A program made the translations under genes and the position numbers. DNA of 64,000 nt from Ophelia neglecta. Lineage: Eukaryota. The notes beneath the pieces are model-generated. The model was not told where the DNA came from. It worked only from the letters and a program-made list of their open reading frames with translations, and ran no database searches. Of this stretch, positions 40,027-52,800 are shown one piece after another. The stretch covers positions 35,030,001 to 35,094,000 of the forward strand of contig OZ260662.1 in NCBI GenBank assembly GCA_965285935.1, written 5' to 3'. Position 1 is the first letter of the stretch; each line of letters starts with the position of its first letter.

Positions 40027-43000
40027 TCCAGTGTGAACTTGGTATGGACTGTGCATAACTCTGATAACTATAATAGGCCTATACTATCTGACTGAAGCTA
40101 TATTCGGGTATTTTGTGCCTGAACATAATTGAGCAGACAAACAGTGCCCGCAGCAGTGTTCTGTACCCTGTCGTCTGCGCGGACGTGGCTGGTTCGTGGA
40201 CCACCTACTCCTAATCAGGACCCAACTGTCAACTTTATAGATTCTGTCAGCTGCAATGCCTCATCATTTTCAATTTGGCGATAATTGCGCAAAATGAAAT
40301 GCGGCAAGTGGAAATAATTCGCGTCCTGGGCGCGCGTTGATACGCGTTATGTGCTTGACCCCCGATCTCATAACATCCCTCGCAAGCGGGGCGTCATTTA
40401 TTTCGCAATTTACATAAAATGCGTCCCGATTAGATCTGTCAAAATAGTGGCGGTGGCAAGATGTGATTATCATGCGAGTTTGGACATGTGTTCTCGATGG
40501 TTATGAGACATTTGAGGCAGTCCTCGGCCTTGTCGCATGCATGATTAAGATGTGAGCATGTCCCCAGCGTTCGACTGACTCCTAGGAGACAGATTTGTGG
40601 ATAAGCCGGCAGCTCGCCATCTAAATGAAATCACCGCGCGCTAACTCGCAATCATGGCACACAATCGACCACTAATGATTATTAACAATCTAATATGCCA
40701 GGAGAATACCGCCTTATTCCATCTACAGCTGATTAGTTTTAAACCTACCTCCAAATAAAAATCTGAAGAAATTGGGCAAATTGTAGCGATATAGTTACTG
40801 GTATTTTCCTTTCAGTAAACGACACGCTCAATAAATCAGTATACATCTAGTAAGCTAGGGCTTCTTTAATAATCAACCAATAAATAAACACCAAAGCCGC
40901 CTTGTGTTATTAAACAAACAGTAAAAGTCAACCCCAAACTCTCCACTTTATTTCAACAGTCGACATTGATGTGATGCACTTGCTGAATTACGTTGATGAT
41001 TGTTACATCACTTAAAGAATAACATTTTCCTTTCGAAACCTTTTCTAAGTACCGTGTCTAATTACGAAGTGGCATATTCCATGTACATTTAGGTGTCACA
41101 AGATCTAGTAATCCGTTTAGTTTTCTTCTGTTTACCTAAATTATGTCATCCTTTTAATGTTAGAATGGACACATTTCTCCGACACTGGTTTTGAATAGGT
41201 CGTTAGAAAGCCATCTTGGGAATGGATTCCAATACTCGCTTTGTGTGCTCTCTATTCATCAAGCCCCGGGGATATGGGATCAACTTGCAAAACGTATGTT
41301 ACCTATTGGGGTCCGTGTTGTTCAGCATAACATGATACCATCCAAATTGTACTTCACTTTTCTGTAGATGACACCGGAGGGCCCTAATTTTAGTTTAATT
41401 AGTAGAATAGTTGTTAGGAACAATGGGTGCAATGGAAACGCCGCCATGTTTGAAAGCCTCCTGCGGTTAGCTAATATCGTTCTATTACTTATATTTTGTC
41501 GCTCTATTATTAGCGCCGGGAAGCCACTCCTTATTTTATACAATTCATTGGCTATATCTTACCTTAACCCGCCTTCAAAGAACATCTGTTGTTATCGGAA
41601 TAAAAGCAATTTCGCCGACACCTTTTAATTTTCACTCACACTTATTCCCACCCACTATTATTGTTTTCTCAAATTTCCAGTATCAGTTTCAACACCAGAC
41701 CCCTATGCCTGTAATTTATTAAAGGTATAATCTGATATAAGACCATCGCCTCGGACACTGCAGTGGTGCTATCTTTTTATACCTTAATTTGAATATTAGA
41801 TTCCTATACGGGCCTCCGAGGTACCAAAGCGAAACCATCTAAATTATAGCTATCTGTTGTCGAGGGGGGATGAAAACCTTCTGCATGGCTTGTTGATGAG
41901 GTCACCATTGCTTTGTTACAATAAATCTTCTTATACCCCTCAACTATAAGGTCAGAGCAGGCAGTCCTTTGCCCTCGGGGGTATATTTGAAAAATTGATG
42001 TGTCCCCTCGCCCCTCCGGTGATACATTGATTCGTGTTGGCCTTCTGTTATGAAATATATGGCTCTGACAAGGAACTCTTATTAATTTAGTGCGGGGTTT
42101 TCGTGAATCCTGACCATAATTTAAAGCAGTCTGAGTTGAATCTTAATGTGTTTTAAGCGTTTCTTTTGTTAATGTAGGCCTAATATAGTTCTTTATGATG
42201 TTAAAACAACAGTTTTCTTTGTTTTCCAAATGATTTATTTTCATAATGAGCAGTTTATTGCTGGAGTCCGTAAGTTTTTTCATAATTATGCCTTTATGTT
42301 GTTGATTTTGTGCACATAAAAAAGAAAAGAAAAATATATAATTTTCTTTCTGCTCCAGAAGACTGCTGATCTATGGAATGCGGTTCACCCCATGTGCGTA
42401 GTAATTCGTGGGAATTCATCCTATCCACCTGTCCATACAGTTCACGGATTTCACTGGAATAAATAAACAATAAAATTACAACTGGCTTCGTGGAAACTGC
42501 GTGCATTTAGGCTCATTTGGTCAGCGCCGTTCACCTGGATCCGGGGTGAATTTTAGTGCAGGAAAACTCGTGGTGGCAGGAAACTAACAACCGCTGGCTA
42601 ATTTTGTGAGATAAGAATGGATAAAATGTCAGGTATTCTTGTGGCTATGACTACAGATGGGTGACTAAGGTGTTGACAGGCTAGGAACATTCTCGAATGT
42701 GGACCGGTATTACTACGTTCTACAACACACACGTCGTTGTGGCAGATTCGGACTTCAGAATTACAACCATACACCTCCCTGGCTCCGTCTTGGGCATTCT
42801 GGGGCTAGTTTGTTGAACCAGGGTCTAGAACTCTCCTTGTTGATGACAACCTTTCAAATGTGTTCTATTAATAGAGAAAAGTTTGTTAACGAAAGCAAAA
42901 TAAAAATTGTTTTCCCACTTCCTGTCTTGTATTTTCATGAAAACAAACTGTTTAAACTTTAAAAGCCGATGGGAGGTCGGGGGAAGTTGCCTTGGCGACA

Positions 43001-44205
43001 ACTCGTCTAAAATGACGATCCTTTTACATACACCGAAATATTTACAAAAGTGATGAAATTAAGGGTATAAATATTCTCGAGAAAAAGTTTGGCTGCAGGA
43101 CAAATCATTTAATTTAATAAGAACGTGGCAAACCTCTGTGACAATTTACCCATGAGACATCTCATCCCGACTTCCCCTAAAATAACAGTGACTATTATAT
43201 ATGGTAACCACTGGTATTACTGCAACAAAGAAGGCTATAACAAAACTGTTAGTTTTTCTTCATTGGGGAGGGGGTACTTATTTGTAAAGCGCCAAGTAAA
43301 AGTGGTGAAAACCCAGTAGTATGAAATGTAACGTTCCTTATCAATTAAGTCTGATTTTCAGGTTTGAAGTCCAAACCATCGGAAAATATATATACTCATA
43401 TATTCATTAGGTAATAAGTCTTTGTAAAACTCTACATTATAGGTGAAAAGTTGAACAAAGACAAAACCATCACCTATTTCTGGAACATAATAGATACATG
43501 TTTCTGTTTCCACGTGAACAGGTTTCAATGGAATCAGCTCCAATAAAAGAATGTGGCGAGGAGGCAGACTGTTGTCCGCTGATAACATCACCTGCCTGGG
43601 TGGAAATCACCCACATTATCACCCGTATCTATACCTTTATTTGTGCCTATCGAGAAATGCCATCATTTATAGATATGCAGGTTTTGTTCGGACCCTGCTC
43701 TGGTGATACTAACAGAGAACAGCTTGGATGGACTTGATGTTTATCAGTTTCTAATATTTGCACTGGCCAATAATACCTTTGTCATTAGAATATAAAATTT
43801 TCTTTATTAGTGAATAATTGGAATTCCATCATCTTGGTTTGGTGTCTGGCATGCTCATGACACCAACACCTTGTAAATGCTCATAATAGATCTACACATA
43901 TCACTAACACAATACTTTTTGTAGCCTCTACTTAGAAAAAAATGTGAACTTTTAATTAATGTTAGCATTATACAGTCGTTTGTGAAAACGTCCCTGCCCT
44001 TCTGTTTCAAATATAAGTTGTTGAAAGTTCGATTATTTCCTGGTAGACTGTGCCAGTATAATAACCATATAGATCCATATAATGTGAACCCAAGCGTGCC
44101 TCTCGCACAGATCTATATTTCGTTAAGCATGCGTATAGATCCTCAGTTTATAAAACATCATTCTCTCGCATATCAATAACGTCTACGATCCCGCGCAATA
44201 ATATA

Positions 44206-44383
44206 CAGTGAAACCTGTGAATTGAGACCACCCAAGGGACTGTAAAATGTTGGTCTGTTTATGGAGGTGGTCTGATTAGACAGGTTATTTTACATTTAAA
44301 GCGTACAGTAGACTCTCCATATTAGCGGTCTGAATTGACAGGTGGTCTGAATATAGAGGTGGTCTTAAAGGCAGGTTTCACTG
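44206..44383. mobile_element. MITE, Tc1/mariner (pogo/Tigger-like) non-autonomous DNA transposon, 178 bp
   Basis: Perfect 12-bp TIRs CAGTGAAACCTG ... CAGGTTTCACTG are flanked by TA on both sides (44204-44205, 44384-44385). Subterminal GACCACC / AGGTGGTC repeats are present and there is no coding capacity. Confidence 0.9.
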
Positions 44384-45878
44384 TACTCTTATTCCACGCA
44401 CAACACATCGGCCTACTTCGCGGAATTATACGATACGTGAAAGCGATTGCATTTAAGCCTACCATATAATTTAACTTAGCCTTGGCAGTGTAAAGGCCCA
44501 TTTATTCTATGCGATATTTTTGTTTTGTTTTTTGTTTCTACGCGGATTAATATGAGGAGCGAAATAATTCGACTATACGCTATATAGATAGAGACGAGCG
44601 CTTCACCTTCTCAGGTTCATCATCACTTCTTATATTGAACACATTTTTTATGCAGTGCATGAAATGCACACCGTATTTGCCTGCGCAAAAATATATATAC
44701 CATATTTCATAATCCGGTAGCCTATTTGTAAGACAGACTATTCTGGGTTGTAAAAACGTTTTCGACATACGAGGCGCTCATAATTGGTGGACTATTTCCC
44801 ATGCATGAAGCATGATTTCGATGGAATATTGAAACTAGAAATGCCTTTGAAAAAAGACAAGCTAACAAAAATCTAATCATTTTTTAATCCTGCGAGGTGT
44901 AACTAGACTATGCGTATGAGTGGAAATAACAGGATATTATCTGAGCCAAGGTGTACGCAGTTAAGGGGAGGTCTGGAGTTCAAATCACCTCTGGAGCAGA
45001 CTCGACAACGTGCACGGTTTTTCAACCAAAAAGTCGCCTTACATATAACAGATTAACTACGTGTTTCAGTTGTCACACCATTAAAATTTAATCTTGCAAT
45101 AATAACTAGCTGCATAGTTCTTTATCACCCTCAATTCTATCATTCCTAAGGAGTTTAAACTAAACAAACAGTAGATCTATTATATGCTGTGACTGTGAGT
45201 GGTGGTAAAATCCAAAAGTGAATTATATTCCTGGTATTATTGCTAAAACAAAGGCTCCCTCTTTGTCTATCATTAAGAACTCGGAAAGGTTTGGCCTCCT
45301 GCAAAGCCTGGCTTTTATCAACGGCATTTCTAATTTTTGGTGAATTTGACCAGAGTGATTTGAAGTTCCGGAAAACCTTCTTAAAAATCACAATTATAGA
45401 GAAAAGAAACCAACACAGTGTCCATGCCCCATTTTTAAACCGTAAGTGTACAATCTAAAACGAATATAAATAGGCCTATGACTAAAATTGACTAGTGCAG
45501 AGCTAAATAAGATAGGTCAGATATGACTGTAACCCCCACACTTTCGAATCATCAGATACCAGATTCGAAATATACTCGTTAGGAGTTAAAAAACATCGTT
45601 TGTTCCGTCCAGGGCTACAGCCTTGAAATAAAGGATGTTCCTGTTCAATCAAGGCAGATAAAGGCTAGTTATTGGCATATAAATTGTATGGGAAAATGGA
45701 TAATTTTCACTCAAAGTAAGCAGACTCCTCAAATCAGTTTGCCCTTTCTCGGATTAAACTTTTTTTGTACTTAGCGTGAAAGTACATTGCACACTTTCCC
45801 TGTCTTTTGATCTCTCGTTGTCCCGTTTGCAGCCTAGTGTAGTAGACAATGATCTATACGCAGATTGGCTTACAAGTA

Positions 45879-46057
45879 TAGCGAAACCTGTGAATTAAAA
45901 CCACCCAAGGGACAGGCAAATACTGGCCTGATTATATAGGTGGTCTGTTTACACAGGTTATTTAATATTGAAAGTGCATACTATGATCTTCATATTAGTG
46001 ATTCAAACAAGCAAGTGGTCTGGGATATAGAGGTGGTTTTTACGTCAGGTCTCAAAG
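45879..46057. mobile_element. Second, more degenerate copy of the same MITE
   Basis: Colinear with 44206-44383 in the same orientation (GAAACCTGTGAATT..ACCACCCAAGGGAC..AGGTGGTCTG..ACAGGTTATTT..CATATTAG..ATATAGAGGTGGT..CAGGT). TIRs have decayed to TAGCGAAACCTG / CAGGTCTCAAAG, and TA still flanks both ends. Confidence 0.85.
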
Positions 46058-49000
46058 TAATACATTTCTGTGCCAAATTGGGGAAGATTGGATTTCTCTT
46101 CTTCTCATAAACGACATAGCATAGTCATAACTTAACATAACATAACATGAAGCAACATCTTTGAAATGAGGCTTGCATAGCTATAGTTAATGATAATTTG
46201 CCAAGACTGGCACCATATCTATAATCTGAGCTAGGATATAAACACGCAACATTTTTTACTAATGAGCTAGCCATTGTCCTTCCATTATCATACCATCGAG
46301 TTATTAAGGATGGAGTATAAAACATTAAGATGGCTGAAAATAAAAATTTCCAAATCGAGGCATGATATGGCAATTGTTGTTACTATAGCTCGAGAGAGAT
46401 TTAAATTTTGCTAAACACTAATTGCACCACCTAATAGAAAAACAGTTGAATACTAAAAATGGCTTAATTGCGAGTTGATTGCTTTATGGTCGTCTGACTT
46501 ATCCTAATTGTTCATTGCAATCATCGAGAAGGAAAGCTTTAAAACACAAAGAGAAATTACAGAAGGAAGGATCCACCTGTGTTTGGTCTATTGGGGAGGC
46601 CTGGGGCAGAATTGACATTTTTATGGGAAGCTTTCCAGAACCTTACCTGCCAGCTAGCACAATAAATGAAAGTCGATACAAGCGCAGTCAATCCGAAAAT
46701 TACCGCGGCCAAACATCGTTTGTTGCTCTCCGGGTGAAAACGTTTAAAAACAATCTCCCACAGAAAATCAATATTTTGGAACATTGACATGAGAAATTTT
46801 AGACACAAAGTCGCCTATTTGGAAGTCTTTATTATAGTCAAATTCGTTTGTCCTCTAGAATCTTGGACAGAGATCATGCAACATTCAAACATTTTTCTGG
46901 CAGGTTTCTGACTTTCTGCTCTCTTGGTAGCCATAAAACGCCTTATAGAGCAGGCTCAATGCCAAAAGTCCCTTTATCCTTTATTGATTTTACTATTTGT
47001 GTTTTTATTTATTAAAATACGATATGAATAATCTCAGATCCATAATTTAACATTATAGATAACCTTAAATTTTTTCAACAAGTTAGGCCTATAGCCTATA
47101 AAGAGCAAAATATTTTGTTCATTCTTATCATGTGAATAGGGCATACATAGAAACATGTTTACTTTTTTCTGAAGAAGAACCACAACAACATAGAATATAG
47201 GCCTACATTATTTGATTGTGCACCGAAACCCACAGCTTGTGAACTGTTACACTCCAAATGATCGTTTAATGTGTCATGGCGAGCAGCAGGCTTGTTTGAA
47301 CTTGTAGTTTGACGTCAAGTGGATACTCTTGGTGGTGAAATAAGTCCATATTAGATTGCATAATCTTTTCAAATAATCCTAGAAAATATTATTGGTCCTC
47401 ACAATTAAAACATGCCAGAAAATATATGGTATATATTGGCTGATTGGGAGATGGAGTGAACTGGAAGCTGAATTGGCCACCATCCTAATGAATAATGTTA
47501 CAGTCCTGACGAATAATCTTTACAATTTGCACAATTTAACCAAATATATTTATACTTTAATTATTGAATGTGTATACAAGTTGGCGTAGATTCGCCAATA
47601 AACGTTACCCAAACCTGTTCAAATAGGCGTGAATTTCACAATAGCCATTAACCATAGCCAGTGTTTGTATTCCCTTATTTGTTTACCTGAGTTTTTGTGT
47701 TACAATTAAGCCTAATACTATACTAGTGCTGGTCGTGCTATCTTGAATTGAAGAGCGAACACTAGTTAGCTGGACGCTGAGTCGGTTCTTCGCAGGAATT
47801 CCTCTCCATCTTATTGCTTAGCAATGCCATGACAATGGTAAAGGGGTCATCGTTTATTTGCTACAAAGCGCGTCTTCTTCACTCCAGTCCTCTGAGAGTG
47901 TTCTCCTTGGCAGTTTTCGTAATTGATTTCTACAGAAAGTCGTTTACTTTGCCCTAAAAGACACTGTATAGTTTGACCTTAGATGAAAATGTGATATAAA
48001 AGGCAAGAAAATCGTTGATACTTTCGTGTTGATGCGACAATGTAAATAACTGAAAAAGTGGTGCCCTCGAGAAGCTGATTCTATAGGTATAATGGAAAGG
48101 AGAGAGCGCATCAAAGTCCGCACCTCTATGCAGGAGCCGGGAGCAGACATTTGTATCAAAGAGCCTCACAATGGTACATAACAGTATGTGAGTAATAGGC
48201 CTAGACCAACAACTCAGAACCTCTGTCTCTGTTGTTTGAACTTAGCTTTATAATACCAAGACGTTAACTTCAACAAACAAGACGATCGTCAGGAACTACT
48301 GTTCTAATTTTCGTTCTATTTTTCGATGGGCGGTTACTTTTCCTGCTAAGACCCCCAAAGAAGAGTTAAGCACTATCAGCACTCCCACGTTGTGCCCGAG
48401 GGAGGGAGTCACGTCCCCCGAGGCCGCTGTAATTCCTGCTATGATGGTGCCCATTGTGCGCTCGGGTGGCGGTGAATGGCGCCCTGTCAGGCAGAGCCCC
48501 GGTCGGGAGCGTCCCTTTCACTGTTGCCCGGTCGACGTCGGGATGTAGCGAGCCGTCTGCCTCGCCCGGGACCGTCCATAAGCGGGCAAATCACACCAAT
48601 TGTTTTACGCGCCACTCCACCGGCATGCCAATCACCCAACTCTAATCGAATCAGCATGAAATAAAAGACTGAAATGAAATTTGTTCTCCCCATTGCCGAA
48701 TACAAGTGAATTAACTGGTTGTTGGGGCAGGGCTCCATACTTGTTCTGGCTTCATTCGATGGTTAAATGGCCCCGCCAAAGGCAATGTCTTTCAAAATAA
48801 GAAATTACCATATTTATTCAGTAACTTCAATTTTCTTCATGAAGGCCAATTGGGAATATAAAAATCAAATAAGCTTTTAATTTTATGCTTATTTATCAAC
48901 GGCTCTTGTGCAAGGCAGTTTTTTTCGTAGATTTCCGAGGAAAAACGTAAAAGTCGACACATTTAGACAGATGGGATGAAAGCTCTCAAGTATAAAAATT

Positions 49001-49787
49001 GTCTGACTGTTTCAGTTAAAATTACAGTTTTATCTATGAAATATTATCCAAACTGAAATGTCCATTAAACACGATCATCTGTGAGTTTCTCTGGCACTGA
49101 GATGTATTGTACGATGAAATAGCTCCTTAATATGCCTGACTTCGATATACGTTCAGAAACAAGCTTATTGTAAAAGCTTTCATTATTTCTTTCTATTGTT
49201 AAAATCAGAACCCCGCAGAGATTAAGTACACTGCTAGAGGAGTATTTACCGAAATTAACGACTTAATACATCCACAAAACTTAAATATGGAGGTGCGAAA
49301 ACGTAATAATAGTAATTTCCATAATTTCCATTCCGTGCAGACAAATTAAGTTAGGTGGAAATGGGGTCAGGCATTGCATACATAACCTTTGAGAACATTA
49401 ATAATTTGCCCCTTGCAGATGTTATAGCAAGCGAGGCCAACACAACGGCTGGTCCACTCTGTCTCTAAATACGACTTTCTATCATATAATAATATTGTGG
49501 CCATCGAATGGGTGAGAATTGGTATTAATTGATTCGCATTCCTAGAACAATCACTGTGGTTGAAAAACCGCAGCATTTATTTTTTGTACAATGAAAGAAT
49601 TCAAAATTTAAAGCTATACGGAACTATTTACCGCATAATGCCCTATTATGAAGAGCAAAATGCTGCCGTAGATCTAGATACAAAAATAGAACACAATATC
49701 TCATTGTTGTCGGTTAATAGGTCGTGGCACAACCTTTATTTTGCATTCACACTTGCTACTCCTGCATAGTGTCATATTAGTGAATAT

Positions 49788-49866
49788 GCATTCGTTCATA
49801 CATTCATAAATTCATTCATTTATTTATTTATTCATGCATCAGAGCCTATCCATTCATTAATTCATC
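49788..49866. repeat. Degenerate (ATTC/ATTT)n low-complexity repeat
   Basis: cattcgttcatacattcataaattcattcatttatttatttattcat...cattcattaattcat. Confidence 0.7.
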
Positions 49867-52800
49867 AGCCCATTCTTTTTTATATTTATTACTCTATATT
49901 TACTTCGACTTAAATTTAATCAAAGCGAAAGTTTCTTGAAAAAAATGTTTAGTATACCGCCCCTGATCGAGCCGGGTGATAATAATATCATGACCCACAA
50001 AAGCTGTAATTACGTGATATCTTTCATTACTCTTGCAAAATTTTACCCAGTTTCGTGTCCATTTCGTGTCTATTTCGCCTGCAAATCGTTTTGGTCCGAT
50101 ATAAATTACGGTGATATAGCTGGTGATAATCACAGACGAGGACTCGTTCGGGAGACTATTAACCTTCCAAATTAGCACCTTGGTAAACGCCACTACACAT
50201 CAACAGAATTCATGGCTTTATGCAGAAGTGGCTTCCATAAAAGGAAGTGATTTTTCACCCATTTTGGCATGACTGTCTGTCCATATATCACTGGCCATGA
50301 CGGCTGGCGAGGGCCCCAGTGTTGTCCTCTTTTGATTGCCTGCCCCCATGTTTTGTCCTTTTGTAGCGCTATACAGGACACAGTCTGTGGCCAGAAAAGT
50401 CCATCTTGTTAGCGCAATTTGTTTTATTGTAGCTTTGTACAATTGACAAAAGTGGGCCGTAATTAAACATTCAGTACTAATTCACCTCTTTTTAAGGCAT
50501 ATTGTGTTTGTCATTAGGACTTAATCGAGAAAATAGAATTTCATTGCTTTATTTATAAACAAGATATAGTCAGAGCATTGCCGACGTTATTGTTATTAGA
50601 TTCTAAACCGGCATCATAACACTGCACACATTAGGAATTTATCACACATGGAGGAACGTGTCATTGAGTCAGCTTAGCTGCTCAGTTGAAATTTATAGAT
50701 ATTTCTGAAATTAAGGTGTAGGCCTAGGCCTATATTACAAAAAAAAACTACGTCATATTTTACAATAATTCGTCAAGCAATTTTGGTCAGTTCTTTTATG
50801 GCTCGAGTTTCGAGATAGAACACCGTGGTTTGCTTATTAACCTATGTCAATCAAACCTATCTTTTAAATTTTTATTAGCAGATATTCTATATATTCTGTC
50901 AGCTAAAAGTATTCTTGGCCACCTAACTTATTGTGTGGTTAAGCCTTAATTTTCCAATTTATCAATTTTTGCGCTGTATATATTGAATTTGGTTCTTTTG
51001 AGAATGATTATTGATATGACACTGCAAATGGATTTGAAATCTCTTTAGTATTAATTTGCATGATAAAATGAGGAGCAACTGTGACTATTAGAAGTCGGTA
51101 GACGTTGCTCACATCTGTTGCATCCCCCCCCCCCCCCTTCGCTTTAAGGTCACAGCTGGGCCGAGAGAGGAGGGATTTCCTACCATAAGGCTAGAATCTC
51201 TGACCCTCCTGACCCTGCAACCTCGAGGGACCAACCCCCCTCATCCCTTCGCTAAACCTCACCAGCGGGGAGTCTTCGTCAGTTTAATTATCGCCAAAAA
51301 CCAACTGAACGCTCCTTCGAGGGGGTATGACAAAATGTCTAAATTTGCACGCAGCTCCGCTATAATGAGAGGGAACACACGCATTAACCACCAAGTCGAG
51401 TCTCCTACATCAAACAGCATTCATGGCAAGTCAGTACAAGCTCTAAATGTCTGAATGTTCAAAGTTGTTTCAAAGCAAACGTTGCTTTTTCTAACTTACT
51501 TGCTAGACTCGGTCTTGATTGCATTCCTTTTTATTTTCAAATTTATATGCGTGTATGCTCATATATTATAGGACTGAATGTCTTTTTCGCATATTTTTGT
51601 GTCTAAATTTGGCAACTGAGAATAATTATACCCTTAAAGAGGCAGCACTATTAATAGCAGTTTGTTAACTTCAACGAGTTTAGCTACTACAAGTGGTTAT
51701 CTATCAATCACGTAGAAGGGATTATTTCTTATGAAAGCCGAAAAAAATATTATTCAGTTGGGTCATAGGCCTATATGTATAATGACAACGGTTGATTAAT
51801 AAAACCTTAGGAATGTCATTGAAAAATATATAATAATATTATACGATGGTAAGACCAATGAAATTCTTTGAAGTAATTTTAATTATCTAACTTTTCAAAC
51901 CAAAAAAAAACAGTCAGCAGAATTTTGCTAATAGATAAATCACAATCACATGGTTGTGTCCGAGCACGTGTTATGCTGAGTTATAGGTAATTATTAAATC
52001 TGATAATTTCTCGGCGTTTGAATAGACCTTTCGTTCGCTCACTCGACAGTGGACATATCATCATTAAGCAGTGTTTCCTATAAATGTACTAGCTAGCGTC
52101 CATTTATTAATCTATAGTGGGGAGAAGGCTGCCTCATCGGCCAGACATATATCATGAACACTGGTATTCACCCTCCTCACAGCCCAACTGTGCCGGATAT
52201 AAAACATTAATGCACATAAAATGGAGCTGGATTGCAACAGTGATAGGCCAGCCGAGCGTAAATAATGAATTGTATTATCCGATAGGTTTTATGAATAATG
52301 AGTCTCAATGTGTATCGGCTTCCAAGAAGTCTGTTGTCCGGGTCCAAAGAATTCAACAATAGAAAATGTGTCTATCTCTTCGTAATTGGGTCATTCAAAT
52401 TTTTCATCAATACTTAATATTTGTATATTAAATAAATTTCAAATTATTATCATATTTCTGTTAGTGTATTTTTCCTAAGATTACTACACCGAGCCAAACG
52501 GAAGGGGCTTGTGATTTATTTTTGGCGTCCTACTATACTACAAACATTATTAAACTGCACATCCTAGTTTGTCGGAGTATTCATCTACTGATACAACTCT
52601 GATCTCATTTGTTCTGCTTGTCGTTATAGTCAGTAACGCCAAACGGGATACATGGCAAGAATTCTGGAAATGAAATTTTCTCGCCGACAAAAAACAAGTC
52701 TCGTGTTTCCACGTAGACATCTGGGTGAGTGATGCATTCTCTTGAGCTCATCGTCAAAGCAATGAATAGAGAACGAGACAAAATATCGCGTTCTTAGTCG

